A DNA stretch of 64,000 bases, taken from the NCBI GenBank assembly GCA_049964855.1, contig JBMFWX010000007.1, positions 218 through 64,217 of the forward strand, given 5' to 3'. This stretch comes from Acidimicrobiales bacterium. Its GTDB lineage: Bacteria; Actinomycetota; Acidimicrobiia; Acidimicrobiales; RAAP-2. Shown in pieces: positions 10,057-20,645 of the stretch. A model generated the notes under the pieces. It worked only from the letters and a program-made list of their open reading frames with translations. It made no database searches and was not told the DNA's origin. The number at the start of each line of letters is the position of its first letter. Within the stretch, counting starts at the first letter, position 1. The position numbers and the translations under genes are program-made.

Positions 10057-10084
10057 GACGCTAGAGGCCCACGACGCTAGAGGT
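10053..10084. repeat. Tandem 16-bp duplication (15/16 identical) spanning the arc stop and the dop start
   Basis: The plus strand reads ccacgacgctagaggc ccacgacgctagaggt. The minus strand reads CAG TAC CTC TAG cgtc GTG GGC CTC TAG cgtc GTG GCG. Confidence 0.9.
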
Positions 10085-11795
10085 ACTGACCGGTGTTGAC
10101 GTGCTGGAGGGAGCGTCCACCGCGGACGTCGGCCTCCTCGCGGTTGATGAGCGTGCGGATGAACACGATTCGCTCCCCCTTCTTGCCCGAGATGCGGGCC
10201 CAGTCATCGGGGTTGGTCGTGTTGGGCAGGTCCTCGTTTTCGCGGAACTCCTGGCGGATCGACTCGAGCAGGTCCGCGGTTCGCACGCCGCGCCCGGCTC
10301 CGGCGATCTCGCGCTTCACCGCCAGCTTCTTGGCGCGTCGCACGATGTTCTCGACCATGGCGCCCGACGCGAAGTCCTTGAAGTACAGGATCTCCTTGTC
10401 GCCGCCCTGGTACGTCACCTCGAGGAAGCGGTTCTCGTCGTCCACGCGGTACATGGCGCCCACGGTCTCCTCGATCATGACCCGTACGGCCTTGTCCCGG
10501 TCGCCGCCGCCGAGCTCGTGAACGACTGACTGGTCGATCGGCAGGTCCCCGCTGAGGTAGCGCTGGAAGATCTGCACGGCGGCCTCGGCGTCGGGTCGTT
10601 CGATCTTGATCTTGACGTCGAGGCGTCCCGGGCGCAGGATCGCGGGATCGATGAGATCCTCACGGTTGGTCGCCCCGATCACGATGACGTCGCGCAGCGA
10701 CTCGACCCCGTCGATTTCGGCCAGCAGCTGGGGAACGATGGTGGACTCCATGTCCGAGCTGATGCCGGTGCCGCGCGTGCGAAAGAGCGAGTCCATCTCG
10801 TCGAAGAACACGATGACGGGCACGCCCTCCTCCGCCTTCTCTCGCGCTCGCTGAAAGACCAAGCGAATCTGACGTTCGGTCTCGCCGACGTACTTGTTGA
10901 GTAGCTCGGGTCCCTTGATGTTCAAGAAGTAGGAGCGCACGTTGCGGTTGCCGCTCAACTCGGCCACCTTGGTCGACAGGGAGTTGGCCACCGCCTTGGC
11001 GATGAGCGTCTTGCCGCAGCCCGGGGGGCCGTAGAGGAGGATGCCCTTGGGGGCGGGCAGGTCGTACTCCTTGAAGAGCGCCCGATGCAGGTAGGGCAGC
11101 TCGACGGCGTCGGTGATCGACTCGATCTGCTCGTCGAGGCCACCGACGTCGGCGTAGCTCACGTCGGGCACCTCCTCGAGGACGAGCTCCTCGGCCTCTT
11201 GGCGCACGAGCCGCTCCGTGAGCAGGTTCGACCGGTGGTCGAGCAGCACGGCGTCCCCACTGCGCAGGCGCACACCGACGAGCGAGGCGGCGATTTCGAC
11301 CACGCGCTCCTCGTCGGAGCGTCCGTAGATGAGCACGCGCCGATCGTCCAGCACCTCCTTCACGGTCACCACGTCACCCTGCCCGTCGGCGTCGCGCACC
11401 GCGATCACCGTGAACGACTCGTTCAGCACGACCTCGTCGCCCCGCGTCACCTGGTGGGGGTCGAGAGCGGGGTGCAAGGCCACGCGCATCTTGCGACCCG
11501 ATGCGACGACGTCCACCGTGCCATCGTCGTTCAGGTCGACGAAGGTGCCGTACACGGCCGGTGGCTGAGTCAGCTTCTCCACCTCGTCGCGCAGCGCCGC
11601 GATCTGGTCGCGCGTCTGCTGGATCGTGATCGTCAGCTTCTCGTTGTTTGATCGGCTCTGGGCGAGCTGGCCCTGGGCGGCGAGAAGCTGCTCCTCAAGC
11701 ATTTCGATTCGTTGGCGAGCCAGGTCGAGCTCGCGGGGCTCCGGGCGACGCGGGTCGTCGGGAGCGGGTTGGCCGAGGGGTCCGGGACGCTCCAT
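10077..11795 (-). CDS. arc: Proteasome-associated AAA ATPase ARC/Mpa
   Basis: N-terminal coiled coil, Walker [12 protein letters not shown] module, and a C-terminal ...NTGQYL proteasome-docking motif. Confidence 0.9.
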   Translation of the reverse strand: MERPGPLGQPAPDDPRRPEPRELDLARQRIEMLEEQLLAAQGQLAQSRSNNEKLTITIQQTRDQIAALRDEVEKLTQPPAVYGTFVDLNDDGTVDVVASGRKMRVALHPALDPHQVTRGDEVVLNESFTVIAVRDADGQGDVVTVKEVLDDRRVLIYGRSDEERVVEIAASLVGVRLRSGDAVLLDHRSNLLTERLVRQEAEELVLEEVPDVSYADVGGLDEQIESITDAVELPYLHRALFKEYDLPAPKGILLYGPPGCGKTLIAKAVANSLSTKVAELSGNRNVRSYFLNIKGPELLNKYVGETERQIRLVFQRAREKAEEGVPVIVFFDEMDSLFRTRGTGISSDMESTIVPQLLAEIDGVESLRDVIVIGATNREDLIDPAILRPGRLDVKIKIERPDAEAAVQIFQRYLSGDLPIDQSVVHELGGGDRDKAVRVMIEETVGAMYRVDDENRFLEVTYQGGDKEILYFKDFASGAMVENIVRRAKKLAVKREIAGAGRGVRTADLLESIRQEFRENEDLPNTTNPDDWARISGKKGERIVFIRTLINREEADVRGGRSLQHVNTGQYL

Positions 11796-11873
11796 AACGC
11801 CACCCTAGGTCGGAGTGGCGAGGGTGCGGCGGCGCTAGAGTGTCCAGACCAGGGGAGCAGGGAGGACGTGGGA

Positions 11874-12110
11874 ATGAGGGTATGGATCGACCAGGACCTG
11901 TGCACGGGTGACGGACTCTGCGAGGAGATCTGTCCCGACGTGTTCACCCTGCTCGACGACGGCCTGGCCTACGTCAAGGAGGGGTCCGCGGTGAAGGACT
12001 CCCCCGGCGGCTCCGAGGGGGTCGCGGTCGTTCCCGCCGGCCTCGAGGACGCCGTCGTCGAGGCCTCCGAGGAGTGCCCCGGTGAGTGCATCTTCATCGA
12101 GCGCGACTGA
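11874..12110 (+). CDS. Small single-cluster ferredoxin (C-x2-D-x2-C-x3-CP type)
   Basis: MRVWIDQDLCTGDGLCEEICPDVF...ECPGECIFIERD, 78 aa. GGGAGGA SD upstream of ATG 11874. The track ORF starts too early (11712). Confidence 0.75.
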   Translation: MRVWIDQDLCTGDGLCEEICPDVFTLLDDGLAYVKEGSAVKDSPGGSEGVAVVPAGLEDAVVEASEECPGECIFIERD

Positions 12111-12146
12111 GTCCGACGCGACGCAGCCCGCGCGACGTCGACGGCC

Positions 12147-12932
12147 CTAGTCGACGGCATCGAGGCGCGGGACCGTGCGCCGCGCCGACGTCAGAAAGCC
12201 GGTGTGGGCCACCATGCGGTGATCGGGTCGCACCGATCGGCCATCGACGTGCCAGGTCCGACGCAGTATCTCGACCGTCTCGGCGAGCGCGAAGTGGTGC
12301 TGGTGCAACGCCTCGCGCAGCAGCTGGGTCTGGTTGATCGTCGGCAGGTACGCGAGGAGGATGCCCCCGGGGCGCAACGCCGTCCGGGCGTGGGGCACCA
12401 CGGCCCACGGCTCGGGCATGTCCAGGATCACGCGGTCCAGATCCGTCTCGTCGATGCCCTCGGTGACGTCGCGGATCCGCACGTCGTAGGCGACGTGCGG
12501 TCCCAGCATGTCGTGCACGTTCTGGATGGCGTGCTGCGCGAAGTCCTCGCGAATCTCGTAGGCCGTGATGAGGGCGCCGGCGCGCAGCAGGGTCATGGAC
12601 AGCGCACCCGAACCCACTCCCGCCTCGAGCACCCGCATCCCCGGTGCGACGTCGGCTTGCAGGAGGATGGTGCCGAGGTCCTTGGGGTAGATGACCTGCG
12701 CGCCCCGAGGCATCTTCAGTACGACGTCCGCCAGTGTGGGGCGAACCACGAGGAACGACCGTTCCGTGGTGGAGCGAACCAGCGAGCCCTCGTCGATTCC
12801 GATCAGGTCGTCGTGCGCGACGATCCCGGCGTGGGTGTGGAAGGCGGACCCTTCGCGGAGCGTCACCAGATAGCGGCGATCCTTGGCGTCGACCAGGAGG
12901 ACGCGCTCGCCGGCGCGCAGGACGCCGCTCAC
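12147..12932 (-). CDS. trmI: tRNA (adenine58-N1)-methyltransferase TrmI
   Basis: LVDAKDRRYLVTL, PRGAQVIYPKDL, VLEAGVGSGALS (SAM motif), ILDMPEPW. GTG 12932 overlaps the upstream small-ORF stop (GTGA). The remaining N-terminal part of the track ORF is Arg-rich. Confidence 0.8.
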   Translation of the reverse strand: MSGVLRAGERVLLVDAKDRRYLVTLREGSAFHTHAGIVAHDDLIGIDEGSLVRSTTERSFLVVRPTLADVVLKMPRGAQVIYPKDLGTILLQADVAPGMRVLEAGVGSGALSMTLLRAGALITAYEIREDFAQHAIQNVHDMLGPHVAYDVRIRDVTEGIDETDLDRVILDMPEPWAVVPHARTALRPGGILLAYLPTINQTQLLREALHQHHFALAETVEILRRTWHVDGRSVRPDHRMVAHTGFLTSARRTVPRLDAVD

Positions 12933-13093
12933 GTGCGCCGGGCGCGTGACGGACGGCCGGCGCGCGCGGCGACCCGATCGACGACGGCCATCACCGCGAC
13001 GACCGCTCCGAGCACCAGCCAGCGTCGCGAGCGCTGCGCCACCGCCCGTCCGAGGACGATTCGCAGGACCCAGCCCCACGCCCAGCGACTCAT
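12929..13093 (-). CDS. Hypothetical 54-aa basic membrane mini-protein
   Basis: MSRWAWGWVLRIVLGRAV...WLVLGAVVAVMAVV. ATGA overlap with the upstream ORF and GTGA overlap with trmI. GC3 is about 85% by hand count. No recognisable family. Confidence 0.35.
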   Translation of the reverse strand: MSRWAWGWVLRIVLGRAVAQRSRRWLVLGAVVAVMAVVDRVAARAGRPSRARRT

Positions 13094-13275
13094 CGTCGGT
13101 TGCGCCGCGCGCGGCGGGCCCGGCGGCCGCGCCACCAGCCCCACAGGTAGCCCGCGACGAAGCCCGACACGCCCGCCGTGGCGATGGTCGGCTCGGGCAG
13201 GTCCACCGCCGTCGTCTCGGGCAGCAACGCGCGCAGCGAGCGCTCCAACTCACGTCGGGTCGCGGAGTCGCTCAT
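13090..13275 (-). CDS. Hypothetical 61-aa membrane-anchored protein with a poly-Arg tail
   Basis: MSDSATRRELERSLRALLPE...IATAGVSGFVAGYLWGWWRGRRARRARRNRR. GC3 is above 90% by hand count. ATGA overlaps at both ends. Confidence 0.5.
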   Translation of the reverse strand: MSDSATRRELERSLRALLPETTAVDLPEPTIATAGVSGFVAGYLWGWWRGRRARRARRNRR

Positions 13276-13625
13276 TTGGTGGTCTTCACCCGCCGCTCAC
13301 CCGCTCCGCTCACGATCCGCCACAGCGTCACGCCGGCGACGATCAGCGCCAGAGCCGCGACGATCAGGTACGGAATCCATGAGAGGGTTCCGTCGAAGAC
13401 GCGAAACTGCTCCTGGAAGAAACGCAGCACCGCCAGGAACACGAACAGCACGCCCAGGCCGACGAAGACGCTCCCGAGCGCGCCGTAGAGGGCGTAGCGG
13501 CCCATGTCCTTCAGCGGCTGGACCGTCTCCTCCTTGATGTAGCGCACGGCGAGATCGCGCAACTCTCCCAGGTCGCGGCGAACGCCCGCGCCTCGTAGGA
13601 GTGAACGCCACGACGGTACTCTCAC
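13272..13625 (-). CDS. Two-TM membrane protein resembling the actinobacterial Holin-X (phage holin family 3_6) architecture
   Basis: 117 aa with an amphipathic N-terminus (RDLAVRYIKEETVQPLKDMGRYA), then two hydrophobic helices (LYGALGSVFVGLGVLFVFLAVL and IPYLIVAALALIVAGVTLW). The family call rests on architecture only. Confidence 0.55.
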   Translation of the reverse strand: MRVPSWRSLLRGAGVRRDLGELRDLAVRYIKEETVQPLKDMGRYALYGALGSVFVGLGVLFVFLAVLRFFQEQFRVFDGTLSWIPYLIVAALALIVAGVTLWRIVSGAGERRVKTTK

Positions 13626-13634
13626 GACGCCAGC

Positions 13635-14033
13635 CTACTCAGTGCGCTCGCTGATCACGTAGTTTGAGCTGGCGGTGGCGATCAGGCGGCCGTCGTCGTC
13701 CTCGATGCGCGCCTCCACGAAGCTCACCACCCGTCCGGGCTTGACGACCCGCGCGGTGCAGGTGAGCGTCATGCCGGGACGAGCGGGGCGGATGAAGGAG
13801 ATCTTCATCGAGGTGTTGGCGACGTGGACCTTGCGCTCGCCCGCTGCGGTGACGGCACTGGCCCCCATGGCCGAGTCGGCGATCGCTGAGAGGAAGCCGC
13901 CCTGTACGACGCCCACCGGGTTCACGAAGCGCTCGTCGAGCGTGACGCGCCACACGCTGCGACCCGGCGTGGCCTTGTCGACGCAGGTCAGACCCAAAGT
14001 GAGATCGCAGTTGGGCGGGATCTGCAGTGTCAC
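13635..14033 (-). CDS. PaaI-family hotdog-fold thioesterase
   Basis: NPVGVVQGGFLSAIADSAMGASA...LTCTARVVKPGRVVSFVEARIEDDDGRLIATASSNYVI. Confidence 0.75.
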   Translation of the reverse strand: MTLQIPPNCDLTLGLTCVDKATPGRSVWRVTLDERFVNPVGVVQGGFLSAIADSAMGASAVTAAGERKVHVANTSMKISFIRPARPGMTLTCTARVVKPGRVVSFVEARIEDDDGRLIATASSNYVISERTE

Positions 14034-14093
14034 GGGCCCAGACTATCCAGGGACGGCCCGCGCACGGCGAACGCGTCCGTTAGGGTCGTAGAC

Positions 14094-16081
<1,988 letters not shown>

Positions 16082-16085
<4 letters not shown>

Positions 16086-17215
16086 CCCGATTGCACGACC
16101 TGTACGACCAGCACGGGCAGAGCCCGTGGATCGACAACATTCGCCGGGACTGGCTCGACGACGGCACGCTGGCCAGCCTGGTGTCCCAGGGAGTGCGCGG
16201 CGTCACGTCCAATCCCTCGATCTTCGCGAAGTCCCTCGCCTCGTCGAGTGCCTACGACGCCGCGATCGCGGCCCTCGAGACCCGCGACCCAGAGGCCGTC
16301 TTCGAGTCTCTCGCGGTGGCCGACGTACGCGACGCCTGTGACGTTCTAGGCGCGGTGCATCTCGCGTCGCGTGACGACGCCGCCGCCGGTCGGCGGCGCT
16401 ACGCCGACGGCTTCGTGTCGCTCGAGGTCTCGCCGCGGCTCGCCCACGACACCGCCGCCACCATCGCCGCGGCTCGCCGCCTCGCCGACAGGGTCGATCG
16501 GCCCAACGTGATGATCAAGATTCCCGCCACCCGCGAGGGGCTTGCGGCGATCACCGAGGTGCTCGGCCAGGGCATCAACGTGAACGTGACGCTGATCTTC
16601 TCTACGGAGCGCTACGGCGAGGTGATCGACGCGTGGCGCGACGGATTGTCACTGGCCGCCAGCCGTGGCCACGACCTGGCGGGCGTGGCCAGCGTGGCGT
16701 CGTTCTTCGTGTCGCGTCTGGACGTCGCCATCGACGCCCAGCTGGCCGAGGGTGACCCGCGACGCGGGACCAATGCGGTGGCCCAGACCGCCGCCGCCTA
16801 CGAGATCTTCCGAGCTCGCCGGGTCGCGCCGGACGTCACCGCCCTCATCGCGCGCGGCGCCCAGATCCAGCGGCCGCTGTGGGCGTCCACGTCGACCAAG
16901 GATCCGCACTACGACGACCTGCTCTACGTCAACGACCTAGTGGCCGACGAGACGGTGAACACGATGCCCGACGCCACTCTTCGGGCCGCGCTCGATCGCC
17001 TGGATCCGACGCGGTCGGTGCTCGCGGACCCCGCCACGGCCGCGCGCACGGCGCACCGGCTCGACGCGCTGGGCTCGGACGTCGACCTCGACCAGGTCAC
17101 CCGGCGCCTCGAGGACGAGGGCGTCGCCGCCTTCGCCGACGCCTACGACGCCCTGCTCGCCACCATCGCGGCGAAGATCCCCGCACCGCCGCGTGGCGAC
17201 GGCGCGCCGGCTTAG
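16082..17215 (+). CDS. tal: Transaldolase
   Basis: MTRLHDLYDQHGQSPWIDNIRRDWL...GVTSNPSIF...MIKIPAT. ATG 16082 overlaps the tkt stop (ATGA). The track ORF is over-extended. Confidence 0.9.
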
Positions 17216-17222
17216 GGCGCCG

Positions 17223-19490
17223 ATGGCTACGCTCGGAGCCGACACGTTCGACGACCTGTGCCGCGCCGACGCCGATGAGGTGGCGGTGGCCGCCGTGGCC
17301 CGGGCTCGCTCGCTCTTCGGGTCGACCATCACCTACTCACCCAAGGTCTTCATCCCCCTCACCACGCTCTGTCGAGACCGATGCGGCTACTGCACGTTCG
17401 CGCAGGCGCCGGCCCGACGCCGTGATCCCTACCTCGCCCTGGACGAGGTGATGGACATCGTGCGCGCCGGTGAGGCCGCGGGCTGCACCGAGGCGCTCTT
17501 CACCCTGGGCGAGCGACCCGAGCTGCGCTACGACGACGCGGCGCGGTGGCTCGCGGCTCGCGGTTACCGGTCGACGGTGGACTACCTGGCCAGTGCGACG
17601 CAGATGGTCCTCGAGACGACGAGCGTCCTACCCCACTCGAACGCCGGCGCGCTGTACGCGCACGAACTCGCCCAGCTGCGCGCCAGCACCGCGTCCCAGG
17701 GCATGATGCTCGAGTCACTGGCGGATCTCGACGCGCATCGCCTCGCCCCCGACAAGTCGGCGTCGCGGCGTCTCGCGACGCTGCACGCGGCGGGCGAGTT
17801 GGCGATTCCCTTCACGACGGGGCTGCTGGTGGGGATCGGCGAGTCGCGCCGTGACCGCCTCGACGCGCTCGGGGCGATCGCGGCGGCGCACGCGCGATTC
17901 GGCCACGTGCACGAGGTGATCATCCAGAACTTCCTCCCGAAGCCTGGCACCGCCATGGCCCACGCGACACCTCCCACGGACGAGGAGTATCGCTGGACGA
18001 TCGCCGCCGCGCGCCTGCTCCTGGCCGATGACGTTCACGTGCAGGCACCGCCGAACCTCAGTGATGACCCGACCCGGCTGCTCGACGCGGGTGTGGACGA
18101 TTTCGGTGGGGTGTCACCGGTCACGATCGATCACGTGAACCCTGAGCGTCCCTGGCCCAACATCAGCGCTCTGGAGGCGCACTGTGCCTCGCGCGACCTG
18201 CACCTGGTCGCGCGCCTGCCCGTACACCCCGCGTGGATCCGTCAGGCCGAGACGTTCCTGGACGCCCGGGTGCGGCCGGTCGTGCTGCGTGTCGCGGACG
18301 CGCACGGCCTGCGCCGCGGCGATGACTGGAGTCCGGGCATCGACGCGGATCCGCCGCTGGACGCGCCGTCGCGTGTGCGCACGAGCGAAGTGCGCGCCCT
18401 GCTCGCGCGCTACTCGCCCGGCTACGCGCTCGACCGTCGCGAGCTGACGTGGTTGTTCGACGCGCGCGGCGGCGACCTCGCCGCCCTGGCCGAGGCCGCC
18501 GACGGCGTGCGCCGGACCCGTGTGGGCGACGACGTGACCTTCGTGGTCAACCGCAACATCAACTACACCAACGTGTGCACGTTCAAGTGCCGCTTCTGCG
18601 CCTTCTCCAAGGGACCGCTTTCGCTCAACCTCCGTGGCGATCCCTACCGTCTCTCGCTCGACGACATCAGCGTGCGCGTGCGCGAGGCCGAGGAGCGCGG
18701 CGCGACGGAGGTGTGCCTGCAGGGCGGCATCCATCCCGACTTCGACGGGGAGTACTACGTCGACGTCATCGCGGCCGTGCGCGCCGGCTCCCCCCGCATT
18801 CACGTCCACGCCTTCAGCGCCCTCGAGGTGTTCGAGGGTGCCCGCCGCTCCGGTCAGGATCTCGTCACCTACCTGACGCGGCTGCGTGACGCCGGTCTTC
18901 GCACACTGCCCGGCACCGCGGCGGAGATCCTCGACGACGACGTTCGCCGAGTACTGTGCCCGGACAAGATCTCCTCGGATCAGTGGCTGGAGGTGCATCG
19001 CGCGGCGCACTCGATCGGCCTGCGCTCGAACATCACGATCATGTTCGGCGCGGTCGAGAGTCCCCAGGAGTGGATCACCCACCTCCTGCGCACCCGGGAG
19101 CTGCAGGAAGAGACGGGTGGCTTCACCGAGTTCGTGCCACTGCCGTTCGTCCACATGGCCACTCCGCTGTACCTCACGGGTCGGGCTCGCCGGGGCCCGA
19201 CGTTCCGCGAGACGCTGCTGATGCACGCGGTGGCGCGTTTGCACTACGCCACCCTGATCGACAACGTCCAGGTGAGCTGGGTCAAGTTGGGCCCCGCCGG
19301 GGCCCGACGCGTGCTGCAAGCGGGCGCGAACGATCTGGGTGGCACCCTCATGGACGAGAACATCTCACGAGCGGCCGGGGCGGTGCACGGCCAGGCGATG
19401 GACGTCGAGGCGTTGCACGACCTGGTCGCCCCGCTCGGGCGCCCGCTGCGCCAGCGCACCACCCTGTACGACGTGCTCGCCCGTGAGTGA
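17223..19490 (+). CDS. fbiC: FO synthase FbiC (fused CofG/CofH; F420 biosynthesis)
   Basis: Two radical-SAM motifs (CRDRCGYCTF and CTFKCRFCAF) in a protein of about 755 aa. ATG 17223 lies just after the tal stop. Confidence 0.9.
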   Translation: MATLGADTFDDLCRADADEVAVAAVARARSLFGSTITYSPKVFIPLTTLCRDRCGYCTFAQAPARRRDPYLALDEVMDIVRAGEAAGCTEALFTLGERPELRYDDAARWLAARGYRSTVDYLASATQMVLETTSVLPHSNAGALYAHELAQLRASTASQGMMLESLADLDAHRLAPDKSASRRLATLHAAGELAIPFTTGLLVGIGESRRDRLDALGAIAAAHARFGHVHEVIIQNFLPKPGTAMAHATPPTDEEYRWTIAAARLLLADDVHVQAPPNLSDDPTRLLDAGVDDFGGVSPVTIDHVNPERPWPNISALEAHCASRDLHLVARLPVHPAWIRQAETFLDARVRPVVLRVADAHGLRRGDDWSPGIDADPPLDAPSRVRTSEVRALLARYSPGYALDRRELTWLFDARGGDLAALAEAADGVRRTRVGDDVTFVVNRNINYTNVCTFKCRFCAFSKGPLSLNLRGDPYRLSLDDISVRVREAEERGATEVCLQGGIHPDFDGEYYVDVIAAVRAGSPRIHVHAFSALEVFEGARRSGQDLVTYLTRLRDAGLRTLPGTAAEILDDDVRRVLCPDKISSDQWLEVHRAAHSIGLRSNITIMFGAVESPQEWITHLLRTRELQEETGGFTEFVPLPFVHMATPLYLTGRARRGPTFRETLLMHAVARLHYATLIDNVQVSWVKLGPAGARRVLQAGANDLGGTLMDENISRAAGAVHGQAMDVEALHDLVAPLGRPLRQRTTLYDVLARE

Positions 19491-20448
19491 CGCGCCCCAC
19501 GCCAGCCCGCCGGATCGGGATGCGCCCCAGCGCGAGCACGACGAGCAGGTCGCCCAGTTGCGCGCCTACGTGGATCGCGTGGTGGCATCAGCGACGGACC
19601 CCGAGCAGCTGGGGCTCGCGATCACCACGCTGCGCGAGCTCCTCGACGCCGGTGACGTCTTCTCGCCGTGGCGTGATCGACCCAAGGTCACCATCTTCGG
19701 CTCGGCCCGCATCGCCGCCGACGATCCGCTCTACGCGATGGCCCAGGAGCTGGGCGCCGCCATGGCCACGCGGGGCTGGATCACCGTGTCGGGGGCGGGA
19801 CCGGGCATCATGGAGGCCGCCGCTCGCGGGGCCGGGGCGCAGAACACGCTGGGCGTGAACATCCGTCTGCCCTTCGAGCAGAGCGCCAACCCCTTCGTCG
19901 ACGCGGAGTCGCGCCTGGTCGAGATGAAGTACTTCTTCACCCGCAAGGTGGCCCTGACCAAGGAGTCGCTGGCCTTCGTGTTCTTCCCGGGGGGTTTGGG
20001 CACGATGGACGAGGCGTTCGAGATCCTCACTCTGTTGCACACGGGCAAGAGCCGACCGGCCCCCGTCGTGCTGGTTGACACCCCCCAGGGCGACTACTGG
20101 CGCCAGTGGCACGCCTTCCTCGAGTTGGCGGTGGTCGCGCGCGGGTACGTCGAGGCCGCGGCGGTCGCCCTGGTCGAGCTGGTCAGCTCGGTGCCGGACG
20201 CCATCAACGCCATTGAACGCTTCTACGCCAACTTCCGCTCGGTGACAATCGACGGCTCGCACGCGGAGATCACGCTGCGCCTCCTCGACCGCGAGCGCGT
20301 GGCCGCACTCGCCGCGCAGTTCCCGATGTTCGATCGCGACGGCGCGATGCACGCGCGCGACGCCACGACGTTGCGCATCAGCTTCGACGGGCGCGACTAC
20401 GTGACTCTACGCCGGCTGATCGACGCGCTGAACCGTTGGGTCGACTAG
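19483..20448 (+). CDS. LOG-family (TIGR00730-like) nucleotide 5'-monophosphate nucleosidase-like protein with N- and C-terminal extensions
   Basis: KVTIFGSARI, VSGAGPGIMEAAARGA, FFPGGLGTMDEAFE (PGGxGTxxE). The in-frame GTG 19483 overlaps the fbiC 3' end by 8 nt. Confidence 0.75.
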   Translation: MSDAPHASPPDRDAPQREHDEQVAQLRAYVDRVVASATDPEQLGLAITTLRELLDAGDVFSPWRDRPKVTIFGSARIAADDPLYAMAQELGAAMATRGWITVSGAGPGIMEAAARGAGAQNTLGVNIRLPFEQSANPFVDAESRLVEMKYFFTRKVALTKESLAFVFFPGGLGTMDEAFEILTLLHTGKSRPAPVVLVDTPQGDYWRQWHAFLELAVVARGYVEAAAVALVELVSSVPDAINAIERFYANFRSVTIDGSHAEITLRLLDRERVAALAAQFPMFDRDGAMHARDATTLRISFDGRDYVTLRRLIDALNRWVD

Positions 20449-20645
20449 TCCTCGTCCCGGTCGGTCGCGCGCAGCAGACTCTCGGCCTTGGCCAAGCTGC
20501 GGCGCACCCGACTGAGCTGGCGCTCGCGCTCGCGCGCGGCCACGTCGTCGCCGCGCAACTGGTCGCGTACGGCCTCGAAGATCGCGTCACCGACGCGCCG
20601 CTCGATCTCGGCGACCTGGTCGGCGAGATCGTCCAGGCTCTCCAC
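20445..20645 (-). CDS. Hypothetical 66-aa coiled-coil protein
   Basis: Own reading: GTG 20645 shares one nt with the acyl-CoA ligase [69 protein letters not shown]. Strongly GC3-biased. It is hidden as the tail of junk track ORF 20445..21608. Confidence 0.5.
   Translation of the reverse strand: MESLDDLADQVAEIERRVGDAIFEAVRDQLRGDDVAARERERQLSRVRRSLAKAESLLRATDRDED

Noticed and set aside
13272-13625. Holin-like gene as part of a prophage lysis cassette
   Set aside because: There is no endolysin, spanin, terminase or other phage gene nearby. The Holin-X-type architecture is common in non-phage actinobacterial membrane-stress loci, and the gene is embedded in a core operon with trmI.
19483-20448. 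Functional link between the LOG-family gene and the nearby Pup-proteasome locus, by analogy with the M. tuberculosis Log proteasome substrate
   Set aside because: The genes are about 8 kb apart and separated by unrelated operons. Substrate status cannot be read from sequence, so the analogy alone is not evidence.
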